This document shows, piece by piece, positions 53,444-64,000 of a stretch of DNA of 64,000 bases. Location: contig OZ024741.1 in NCBI GenBank assembly GCA_964016885.1, forward strand, positions 393,638,001-393,702,000, given 5' to 3'. The position numbers and the translations under genes were made by a program. The notes beneath the pieces were generated by a model. The model did not search any database and was not told where the DNA came from. It saw only the letters and a list, made by a program, of their open reading frames with translations. Within the stretch, counting starts at the first letter, position 1. Each line of letters begins with the position of its first letter. The DNA is from Eledone cirrhosa. Lineage: Eukaryota.

Positions 53444-55053
53444 AATATTTTATTGCCCGGAGTATCACGGCCCCTCTCAACGTTTGGTATCTGGATGATG
53501 CTACGTTGGGCGGGCCCGTACGGACGGTCTGCCATAACCTTCAATCGGTGATTCCTGCCTTGGCGGGAATCGGCCTCCAGGTCAACTCGGCCAAGTCGGA
53601 GGTGGTGAACGTCAGCCTCGATGCTGCGAGCTTTGCAGCCTCCGTCTTGGACGTGCGGTTCATTCTCCGCCAGGTTCAGGTGACCCCCAAAGAAGATGTC
53701 CTCATCCTCGGGTCACCGATCCACCCGCCGGCCATCCGCTCCACCATCAGGTCCAAGCTACAACAGCTCCAGACTCTCACGAGCCGACTGGGCTTGATTG
53801 ACGGCCACCCAGCTCTCTTTCTGCTGAGGAACTGCTTCGCCATGCCGAAGCTCCTCTATACACCCAGACATCTCTCCTCGCTGACCTCGATACTTGTATC
53901 CGAGCAGCAGCCGAGGGGATATGCAACGTCAAGTTTGACGACATAGGGTGGCAACAGGTCACTTTACCGGTCAGGAATGGCGGCCTTGGCCTCCGGTCCC
54001 CAATCTCACTAGCTTTGCCGGCGTATCTTTCGTCGGTAACCTCGTGCCACGTCCTCGTCAGCAGGGTTCTTCAAAACACAACAGAACCCTCTGTGTTCAG
54101 AGAACGTGAGGCCGCCTGTGAGACGTGGGACCGGCTGGAACTTAGCCCAGTAGACGTCCCTCCTCCTTCTCCCCCTGTTGACGTCAAGTCCCCCAACGCA
54201 CTTGGGATGCCATCCAGTGCAGCCTGGCCTCAGACAGGCTCACGTGCCAGCTCGACTAGCACCGCCTTGCTTGTTTTTGTGCGGCCTCCAAATCCCACAG
54301 TGGTGCCTGGCTCCATGCCCTGCCCTCCTTCTCCACTGGCACGCAGCTATACAACTATAGCCTGCGAATCGGCATTTCCCTGAGGCTCGGCCTCCGGATC
54401 TGCCAGCCACACCAATGTCGCTGCGGTTCCACCGTGGACTCTTTCGGCCTCCACCCGCTTTCCTGTCGCCACAGTGCCGGTCGCATTCCACGCCATACTG
54501 CCTTCAACGAGGTCATTAAGCATGGCTTGGACGCTGCAGGCTTCCCTTCCCAGCTCGAGCCGGTGGGGCTGGATCGAGGGGACGGCAAAAGGCCAGATGG
54601 CATGACCATCTTCCCGTTCCGCGGTGGCAAACCCCTCGTCTGGGATGCCACTTCCACCGACACTTTCTGCAGCCGCAACCTGGTGCAGTCTGTGACTGAC
54701 CCAGGTTCTGCTGAACGTCGGGCTGAGGGGGCCAAACTCCTCAAATACCGGTCGCTCTCGAGAGGTTTGCGGTCGTTCCCCTGGCAGTGGAGACTTCTGG
54801 TGTCCTCGGCCCCAGGGCTACCTCCTTACTCACCACCATAGGCGCTGAGCTGGCCAGCCGCAGGTGTGAGCCCCGCCAGTTGGAGTGGCTTTTCCAGCGC
54901 GTCTCCCTTGCCGTCCTCTGGGGAAACGCCTTCTCCATTCTGTTCGCCGGGGCTGTGGGTGGGCCCCATCGCGTACCAATACATTAGTTAAATACCATTC
55001 TTTCATCTGATATATCTTTAAATTATATTTTGTACAATAATAAATTACTGTCT
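53444..55053 (+). mobile_element. 5'-truncated CRE-like RLE non-LTR retrotransposon with 10-bp TSD
   Basis: GC-rich island encoding WYLDDATLGG, LPVRNGGLGL, a C/H knuckle and KRPDGMTIFPFRGGKPLVWDAT. GTCTACGACT at 53434-53443 and 55054-55063. Confidence 0.9.
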
Positions 55054-55354
55054 GTCTACGACTTCATTTATACCATAAATGTGGTTTTGTCTTCGTGTGA
55101 AATTGTTTTCACCGCTCCAAATAATGACGTATTATCTTCGTTTTTTCCGTTCTTTGCCAGGGAACGTTTCCACGAACCAAAGTATCGTCTTCCTGTCTTC
55201 ATTCGGTTGCAACGTTTTTCTGCGTTCACAGATTGATTTTTTTAGTTTCAGAAAAACCCGTTAAGGGTGAAAGCAGCGATTCTTTGCTTAAACTTGTATC
55301 TGTTATTTTAATAAATATATTTATATATATATATATTTATATATGGGATAACAA

Positions 55355-55830
55355 ATTATCGTTATAGGTAATCCAGTTAGAGGCTGTGAATACTCCGTAT
55401 TGTGGATAGTTTTAGTGTACGGCGTTCTTTGACTCAACAAGAGGTTTCCTTAGGTAGCTAGTTTACGAGTTTTCGGGAATTCCTATGCAGCTTAATCTTG
55501 GAGCAATAATAGTGAAAGAGTGAAGAATAACATGGTCAACAGTACAAAAAGGGTTTTATTTACAGTATTAACAATTGTTTCACTGATTAAGTTGTCTAAA
55601 AATTGCTAATCACTTGAAATGGTGTCACTCAATTTTAAATACAATGCATGCTTAATCAAATCATTGGAAAAACGATGACTTGATTAAGCATACATTGTAT
55701 TTAAAATTGAGTGACACAACTTCAAGTGATTAGCAATTTTTAGACAACTTAATCAATGAAACAATTGTTAATACTGTAAATAAAACCCTTTTTGTACTGT
55801 TGACCATGTTATTCTTCACTCTTTCACTAT
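55355..55830. repeat. Solo PLE pseudo-LTR copy with foldback (arms 55509-~55665 and ~55675-55830)
   Basis: Homologous to 35962-36280; the second half is the reverse complement of the first, with a few substitutions. Confidence 0.85.
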
Positions 55831-55975
55831 ATATATAACTCAGGGATGGATGTGGATATATTCATGTATATGCATGTGTCCGCATGTATCTGTGTGTTTC
55901 TCAATATATTGTATATATATATATATATATAAGTTAAAACAATGAAATAAAAAATCAAGTCATTAGAGATATACT

Positions 55976-56119
55976 TCACTGCTTTACGATCGTTTCTAGG
56001 TGATGATAATACATTGTAGCTATACTTCGTTATTGATCTATGTAAGGTTAGTTACAAAATATCAGATAAAGAGAATATTTACTTAGATGCATATCACCAG
56101 CTGTTTTCAAAAGCAATAA
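55976..56119 (-). ncRNA. Candidate hammerhead with U3-A8 core and long stem II
   Basis: TTATTGCTT TTGAAAA ...GGTGAT...ATCACC TA GAAA CGATCG TA AAGCAGTGA; the base of stem II is imperfect. Confidence 0.4.
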
Positions 56120-57543
56120 TAATTTTATTCAGAATTAGTAGTATGTTAGTATCATGTCCTTATTTGGAGGAAGTTGAAGAACTAACCAATCAAATTGTTT
56201 TTTTCATATGATGTTAAGAGGAAAAGTAATACACTTTAGTTCAGGTCATGACCCTTTGAAAGGAATGGTTGAATGGTGTTAATAATAGAATTGGCATAAA
56301 AATCTATTAGGAGGAAAGGGATTGTCAAACTGATAGTTGAATGTATCTGGTATAGTGAAGTTTAAAAGGAATGTAAAAATAAATGGTGATTAGTGTTGTA
56401 TGGAGTTTTTAGGTGAATATAAATTAAGGTCATGGCTAGGAAAGATAGTATATTAAAAGATGAAAATTATAATAAGATAATGAAATACAGTATTACAATA
56501 ATATAATATAACCAACACAATATATAGTACGGTGTGGTAAATTGCACTTAGTATAATACAGCGTATGATACGCTCTAAAATACTATCAAGTATGTTTATG
56601 TATAAATAATACTCAAACTCAGATAAATACATATTGACATAGTCAAAACGCATAAATTTCATAGATCACAAAGTGCATATATCCACACTATATATAGAGA
56701 GGTATAGTTACATTGATACCCAACTAAAAATATACATACGCATAAATAGATGCAAAAATAAATACACATTTACATATGTGCACATAATCATATTCACATA
56801 TATTTATACATATCTATATATATACATACACACCTATACCCACATATATATGTGTATGCACACACTTATACATGTACACACACTCATATATAATCACTCA
56901 TACACATATACTCACATATACACGCACACAAACACATATATATACACACATACAGACACACATATATATATATATACACACATATATATATACATATATA
57001 TATATATATACACATATATATACATATACACAAATATATTCCCATATCATACATACATAAATATATATATATCCACTCATCCAATTACGGGTGGTTGTGT
57101 ACCTTGTTGCCTTTAGTCATTAACGCATAAACCGAAGCAAGCTAAAACATTAAAAGGTAAAAGATAAGCATGAATGCATATAATTAGGGGAAAGGGGTAC
57201 TAACAAATGTAAAAACAAGTGTTAAACAAAGGAAATATTATAATTTCCGCTAACAATTAGAATGAAGCTCTCAACCAGATGTTATTAAACAAACACAAAT
57301 AATTAACCAATCAACAGAATTGTCTAATTAAATTAATTAGTTAATTATTCAATCTAGGAGAAAATAATACATGTGGGGGCTTAGTAAAATCGAAGCTTTG
57401 GCTGCGGGCAAGCAAAGTCGACCTACAATATGAATGAGTTAGCAAAGCACTTGATAAGGGTAGGTCCTTAGAGTAACAACATACGTTTAAATATGCAGCA
57501 GTAAGGTGCACTGCACCCTCCGTCTGCATATATTATGCAACAA

Positions 57544-57596
<53 letters not shown>

Positions 57597-57669
57597 TTAT
57601 AGGAATAGTAATTTTTTGCTTAAACTTTAATCTGTTATGTTAATAAATATATATTTATATATATATATA

Positions 57670-57848
57670 TTTATTAAAATAACAGATTAAAGTTTAAGCA
57701 AATAATCACTGCTTTCACCCTTAACGGGATCTTCTGAAACTAAAAAAATCAATCTGTGAACGCAGAAGTAAATATTTCAAAAAACGTTACAACCGAAGGA
57801 AAACAGGAAGACGATACTTTGGTTCATGGAAACGTCCCCTGGCAAAGA
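57670..57848 (-). repeat. CAGAAGA-hammerhead repeat copy (fold at 57691-57741), with short foldback at 57617-57700
   Basis: Reverse complement of 13555-13745. Confidence 0.85.
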
Positions 57849-57874
57849 ATTATTATTATTACTATATATATAAA

Positions 57875-58062
57875 TATAATTGTTTCTACTTTTGGCACAA
57901 GGCCATCAATTACCCAGTGCATTACTGGTACTTTATTTTATCGACCCCGTAAGGATGAAAGGCAAAGTTAACCTCGGTGGGATTTGAACTCAGACCGCAA
58001 AGGGACGTAACTATGCTGGAAAGCATGGCGTCCGACCCTCTACCGATACTGCCAAGCCACCA
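57875..58062 (-). mobile_element. tRNA-derived SINE
   Basis: Reverse complement of the 39850-40040 family. Confidence 0.9.
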
Positions 58063-58208
58063 CTATATATATAAATATAATAATGAGTTGACGGACCCAC
58101 CATATTTATCAATGCCAGGACCGGTTGTATCTCAGCGTACTCAATAGGTAATGTAGGATACACTCCCAGAGTATACACATAGTTATTCGCTTCAATACAA
58201 CACACGTA

Positions 58209-58550
58209 AAACGGGTGCCTATAATAGTTCCCGGACTCGAGTTTCGGCCCATACTTAATGCAGCAGTAAGGTGCACTGCACCCTCCGTCTGCATATATTA
58301 TGCAACAATGCAGAATCGGCTTATGCTGCTTCATCAGCGGGTATCGCCTAATCAATAACCAATCGATCGATACTTTACATGTACACTATATAAACTTCAA
58401 CATACACATGTTAAAATGTAATCATACACTCACACACAAATCCATACATTTCACCGACATACGCTAACACTGCCAGATACTTTACACACACACACACAAT
58501 TACTTCAACGCACATATACAGTACATACATTCAAACTTACATTCGCTCAC
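58209..58550 (-). repeat. Inverted copy of 51700-52060 including the hammerhead fold (58230-58341)
   Basis: ORF 58011(-) shares IRRYPLMKQHKPI...YYRHPFY with ORF 51860(+). Stem I here is a perfect CCCG/CGGG. Confidence 0.9.
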
Positions 58551-59299
58551 ACATACACACACATATATATATATAAATACATATATATATATATATAATT
58601 GTTGAGCTTGTAGCTGCCCTTTGTTCATTTTCAAGTGTTTATAGGATGATAATTTGGTTAGGGCTTCAATTAGATTAATGGATGACTGCAGGGTAACCAA
58701 TCTTTAGGTTTTGATGGTTAAGTGTGAGGTTTACTTCAGTGTGGGTCTGTATACTGGGTCAGGTTTGTTGGAATATAGGTTGGTGGTAGTTTCTGGTGGT
58801 TGAACTGATTATGTGTGAGTATTATGCCAGTTATGTGATGAGGAAGTAACCCTGTTTCATGTATATATTTGGCTTCAGTATGTTATTACTTTTGGCTTTT
58901 ATACAGTTTTATATTATTCAGTGTTAGCTTCCAGTCGTATTTACTGCTGAGCCTGTAGCTTTACTTCATTCTTTTTTGGGGGTTTATCTGGTCAATAGCA
59001 GGATAAGGTTTGAATTAGATTAATGGGTGATTGCAGCAATTTGGTTCAGTCAGTTCAGTTTCGGGTGGTTGAGCATGAGGTTTACTTTGATGTATACTGA
59101 GTTAGGATTTTGGCGGGCTATGGGTCAGTATTAGTTTCTAATGGTTCCACTGATTATGTGTGAGTACATAGCCAATTACATAATGGCTGGCACAGTATGG
59201 TTTTGTGTGTAGGGTTAATATAGGATTTATGATTTGCATTTGCTTGAGTTTATGGATAGCATGGGTCTTGTTTAGATTTGTATGGTTGTCTTCATTGGG

Positions 59300-60370
59300 A
59301 TTATATCTAAATCAACACTGAACAGATTATCCATTGAAAGAAATATTTTGGATTTGAATAAATCTAAGTTTTTCAAAGCTATTTATGCATTTTTACATTA
59401 ATGCTGTAGCAAAGTCTTCTCACTACCATATTTCAAATGGAAGAAACTGCCTGATTCTCAAATAATTTTGAAAATATTTTAGAATTTGAGGGATTTATTA
59501 ATATAACTAACTTTCTCATTATTGAGCTGCCACTGTGGCAAGCCCCTTGAAATCAGGTCTTCATGGATTACCTTACCATCTGAATGCAAGTAACTTTGCT
59601 CACTAAGTTTTTGTTTTTTCCTACATCCTGTATGCTGCAGTGGTGATGAGGGAAACTGTATCCTTGGACAAATAGAATAAAATTCTAAAATACCAAGAAT
59701 TCTCGGCAAACGATTCTTTTTAGCTTGTGGTGATTGAGAAATTTGGGGAAACTGGACCACCACTGACAATGAGGTTCTTGTCATTACTCATAGCTTGCCT
59801 TATTGACATATCAGGTGATGCCCATGAGGGTCCTTAGTCATTCTAATGTCTTAGTCTCACTATCAGCTGTGGCAATGCTTTGGGTTTGTTGGCTTGCTTC
59901 AAAAATTATTAGGACAGTTTCAGGTGGATTGGTATCAAAATTAAGACATGACACAAGAGTGAGTTCTTAAGTAATGCTTCCCTTATTATTTAAAAAAAAA
60001 AGAGTATGAAAGCTCAGTTTTTCCAGGTTTGTTTTTTTTTTGTTTTTTGTTGATAGGTTCAGTATTTTATTTTATTTGTTCAGTGAGTCAAGTTGAAAAA
60101 CTACATGATGAATTTGTAGATTATCACATACTGCCAGATATCTTATCCTACATTATTTGGAATAAAGCATTAGTATCTGAATGTATATATGATGCAAATG
60201 TAGCATCATCAAGCATGAATGTTTATGATGCAAAGTATCATAGAATTGATGTTTTAAAGAATTATTTACATTTTTTGCCATTGAATGATGACCAGAAAAG
60301 ATGTAAGTAGCTGTCTAAAGTTATATAGGTTTTACTGGTTTTGTAATTCCACACTAATGTTACCGAAAAA
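59300..60370 (+). mobile_element. Probable hAT-like transposase C-terminal remnant
   Basis: EKLHDEFVDY...YHRIDVL...LSKVI.VLLVL resembles the hAT dimerisation region. Heavily decayed and probably interrupted. Confidence 0.4.
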
Positions 60371-60416
60371 ATCTTATATATAATAAACCTTGCAGGATGC
60401 TGCTGAAGTATTTGCA

Positions 60417-62735
60417 TTATCATCATCATCATCATCATCGTTTAACGTCCATGTTCCACGCTTGCATGGGTTTGGACGGGAGTTTTCCCACTTGAGGCAA
60501 GAGTGGTTGTCTTGCTCGCATAGGACTGTCTGGCGGGTTTTCTACAGTTGGATGCCCTTCCTAACACCAACCACATTTACAGTGTGGGTCTGGGAGGTTT
60601 TTACCGTGTTGCCTACACGGCCACATTACAGCGTGGACTGTCTGGCGGGTTTTCTACAGTTGGATGCCCTTCCTAACACCAACCACATTTACAGTGTGGG
60701 GCTGGGAGGTTTTTACCATGTTGCCTACACGGCCACATTACAGCGTAGACTGTCTGGCGGGTTTTCTACAGCTGGATGCCCTTCCTAATACCAACCACAT
60801 TTACAGTGTGGGTCTGGGAGGTTTTTACCGTGTTGCCTACACGGCCACATTACAGCGTGGACTGTCTGGCGGGTTTTCTACAGTTGGATGCCCTTCCTAA
60901 CACCAACCACATTTACAGTGTGGGGCTGGGAGGTTTTTACCGTGTTGCCTACACGGCCACATTACAGCGTGGACTATCTGGCGGGTTTTCTACAGCTGGA
61001 TGCCCTTCCTAATACCAACCACATTTACAGTGTGGGGCTGGGAGGTTTTTACCATGTTGCCTACACGGCCACATTACAGCGTAGACTGTCTGGCGGGTTT
61101 TCTACAGCTGGATGCCCTTCCTAATACCAACCACATTTACAGTGTGGGTCTGGGAGGTTTTTACCGTGTTGCCTACACGGCCACATTACAGCGTGGACTG
61201 TCTGGCGGGTTTTCTACAGTTGGATGCCCTTCCTAACACCAACCACATTTACAGTGTGGGGCTGGGAGGTTTTTACCGTGTTGCCTACACGGCCACATTA
61301 CAGGGTGGACTATCTGGCGGGTTTTCTACAGCTGGATGCCCTTCCTAATACCAACCACATTTACAGTGTGGGGCTGGGAGGTTTTTACCGTGTTGCCTAC
61401 ACGGCCACATTATAGCGTGGACTGTCTGGCGGGTTTTCTACAGTTGGATGCCCTTCCTAACACCAACCACATTTACAGTGTGGGGCTGGGAGGTTTTTAC
61501 CGTGTTGCCTACACGGTCACATTACAGCGTGGACTGTGTGTTTTTTTGTCGTGACACCTACACGATCTCATTTGTTTCGGCCTGGATTTTGTGGCACCAA
61601 CATAACTTTACATTGAAAGGGGCGGTGTGGATGGGGTGGAGGTGGTGGGACGGGGGTGTATTTTGTTAGAGATGCCTACTGACTGTAGTAGGTTTTACTT
61701 TGTATTTAGGTAATGCGGGTCTTCTCTATTACTGAGTATCGCCAAAGGTCTCGGTCCAGTGACATTGTCTTGGAGAGGTGTAAGTGTGTGATGAGGTCGG
61801 AATTTATCAGCTCGTCCCAGGTTTTTCTGGGTCTGCCTACTCCGTGGCTACCGTCTATCTTTATTGCCCCGCACTTTGCTATACAGCTGTCGTCTTTCAT
61901 GCGCATCACGTGACCATACCAACGTAGCCTTCTCTCGAGTAAACAACATCTGATCCCTCTTATTTCTAATTTTTTCCTTAGTTCGTTTATGCTTTGCCGT
62001 TCGCGTATATTACTATTACACATCCAGCGGAGCATGCAAGCTTCGTTCCTCTCTAGTCTGCGTATATCCTCTGCACACAATGCCCAGGTCTCACTGCCAT
62101 GCAACATTGCTGTTCGTATGCAGGCATCATACAACCTGCCTTTCATTTTTAGGGAGAACCCTTTAGCGGCTAATAGTGGTATAAGCTCTCTGAACCTTTT
62201 CCATCCAGTTCTGACTCTAGCTACTGTACTTTCAGAGCACCCTCCCCCACTGCTGATTTTGTCACCCAGGTAACGGAAGCTGTCCACTATTTCTATAGAA
62301 CCCTCTGCGCAGTTGAAAGAGCTAGTATTTTATGGGCACTTGCTGCTACTTATTGCACCAGAGCACCGGCCACATGTAAAATCTGTGTTCTTAGTTAGCT
62401 TACCTGTGATCCCACTACATCTTTTATGCACCCATACTTTGCATTTGGGACATAAAATGGAGTTTCTACCTACGCCTTTCCTACACACTGAGCATGGCCA
62501 TTTCCCGGAAGGGACCGGCGCCTTATTTTCTTTCCTACAAACTAGAACTTTAGTCTTAGCCAGGTTAATTTTAAGGCCTTTTGATTCTAGGCCGTGCTTC
62601 CATGTTTGGAATTTCTTCTCTAGCTCGGCCATTGATTCAACCATGAGCGTTAGGTCATCTGCGTATAGGAGTTCCCATGGGCAGCCGGTCTTGAACTCCT
62701 CTGTTATAGCCTGAAGAGCAACAATAAATAGGGGC
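60417..62735 (-). mobile_element. 5'-truncated RTE LINE (RT C-terminal half with PHD finger, expanded 3' UTR)
   Basis: ELLYADDL; WPCSVC...CPKCKVWVHKRC...CGRC; DSFRYLG; RLRWYGHV; GRPRKTW; (GAT)n tail at 60417-60440. Confidence 0.95.
60523..61537 (+). repeat. 112-bp tandem repeat, ~9 copies, inside the RTE 3' UTR
   Basis: ORF starts at 60664, 60776 ... 61448 are exactly 112 bp apart. Confidence 0.95.
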
Positions 62736-62739
62736 ATAA

Positions 62740-64000
62740 ATAACCAAAAGTGTTCCTTACATTGCTCGGAAAGAGTTTTTGGGGTTAAGTTCACATCAAG
62801 ATTTATTGCTCGCAAAAATAGCGTGTTTTGATTTTGCAGTAGGTCAAGGGAGGTAACTCTGGCCGGTGTTAGGGCAGTCTTTCCCGGACAAATTTTTATC
62901 CGTTACAAGATGTGGTTACAACCTTACCATTGTCGATACGCACGGAGTCATGTAACCCACGCTTATTTTGAGACGTTTGTTTTTCCGCACCTGTTTGCCT
63001 GGGTCGTTTGAGGCTGGGTCTGGTATGCATGGTTAGTTTCCTGGGTGTTATTTTGCAGCGCCTGCCCGCCGGGATGTTAAAACTTGTTGCAGGGAGATCC
63101 GGTGCACGGTTTCACTCCTCATCCTTAACCCATCTGAAGAAGGATATTTTAAAGCGATGTGTACAACTTATCGCTGTTTCAGCTCTGCTGTGGATGAGCT
63201 CGCGGGGTGCAGTTATGATGTGGTAGAGCTCCATGAGGCAAAGATCGCACTTCCTCTTGAAGTTGTACGGTGCAGCCCTGCCGACAATATCCCAGTGCGT
63301 GGTGAATCTGATGTTTAAGTCCTTTAATGATGTGATGAGTCCGCGAGCGAAGTGGAGTGTCTTAATTTCTTATTTGTGAAAGAGTGGAGATGTGTTCGAA
63401 ACCTAATTTTGAACGGGACGGAGGTAGCTCCTATATAATGTTTAACGCTATTGTGGCTAGTTACAGTGCATCTAATATAACCCTATCAGTCAAGCAGTAT
63501 CCTCTAAGGGGGCAGCGTCCTCTGTCGCGGCAGTTACAATTTCTGTCGCGGTTCCATCCATTTCCCACGGTAATGCTATCATTGTTGCTGCCTACTTTGT
63601 TATCCACGCTCCCGCAGCTGTCATTAGCACCATTACAACCCACAGCGCGCAGGTTGGTACGATTATTATTCCGCACGTCATGTCCTGCATGTTCCCCAGT
63701 CATTTCACGGTTATTCTGGTTGCGTCTGCAGAGGCCGTTGCCGGCACTATTGGATGCTGCTAGGGAGTTGTTAAGGCCGATAGAGTTATTGTCAGGTGTA
63801 GGTGCGTCTGTGTCAAGGTGCTGTGTCTTGGTAATCTTACTGTGGTTCGTTGTTCCTATGATGTCTGCTAGGTTAGGAGTAGTAGAGAAGGATATTTTTA
63901 TATTTTTCCTATTAAGAATTTTTCTATACCTATGGTTGGGCGGGAAGTTCTTCTCTAAGGCTTCGAAGAATATCCGGGGTATGTTGGAGGCCACACTGCG
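62740..64000 (-). mobile_element. Penelope-like element, GIY-YIG region (runs off window)
   Basis: FPPNHRYRKILNRKNIKISFSTTPNLA...CNCRDRGRCPL; YIGAT; WDIVGRAAPYN...CDLCLME. Frameshifted. Confidence 0.85.

Noticed and set aside
52701-57116. Tyr/Ile/Val/Cys/His-Thr ORFs here and throughout the ORF track
   Set aside because: Products of (TA)n, (TG)n and (CA)n microsatellites and their decayed derivatives.

Overview
AT-rich, microsatellite-dense eukaryotic DNA made almost entirely of transposable-element debris. The RTE/SINE 3' ends (...GGAAGGGCATCCAGC...CCCATGC...GACGTTAAATGATGATG) and repeat style suggest an octopod cephalopod, but this is inference. I find no convincing host gene. The recognisable parts are decayed non-LTR retroelements (RTE, Tx1/L1, R4/Dong-like, CRE-like), Penelope-like elements (PLEs), tRNA-derived and CORE-type SINEs, an internally deleted mariner, non-autonomous Helitrons (two forming a ~9 kb inverted pair), a small non-coding LTR element with a tRNA-Trp-like PBS, a probable hAT remnant, minisatellites and many palindromes. 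The most interesting signal is a set of about a dozen type I hammerhead-ribozyme (HHR) folds from several unrelated repeat families. Some are canonical, some carry recurrent core variants (CAGAAGA, CCGATGA, TTGAAAA) or >80-nt stem II insertions, and several sit in ORF-less direct/inverted repeats resembling retrozymes or PLE pseudo-LTRs. A CRE-like element has inserted with a 10-bp TSD into one of these HHR-bearing repeats. Coordinates were read by eye and fragment boundaries are approximate. All folds are manual and untested.
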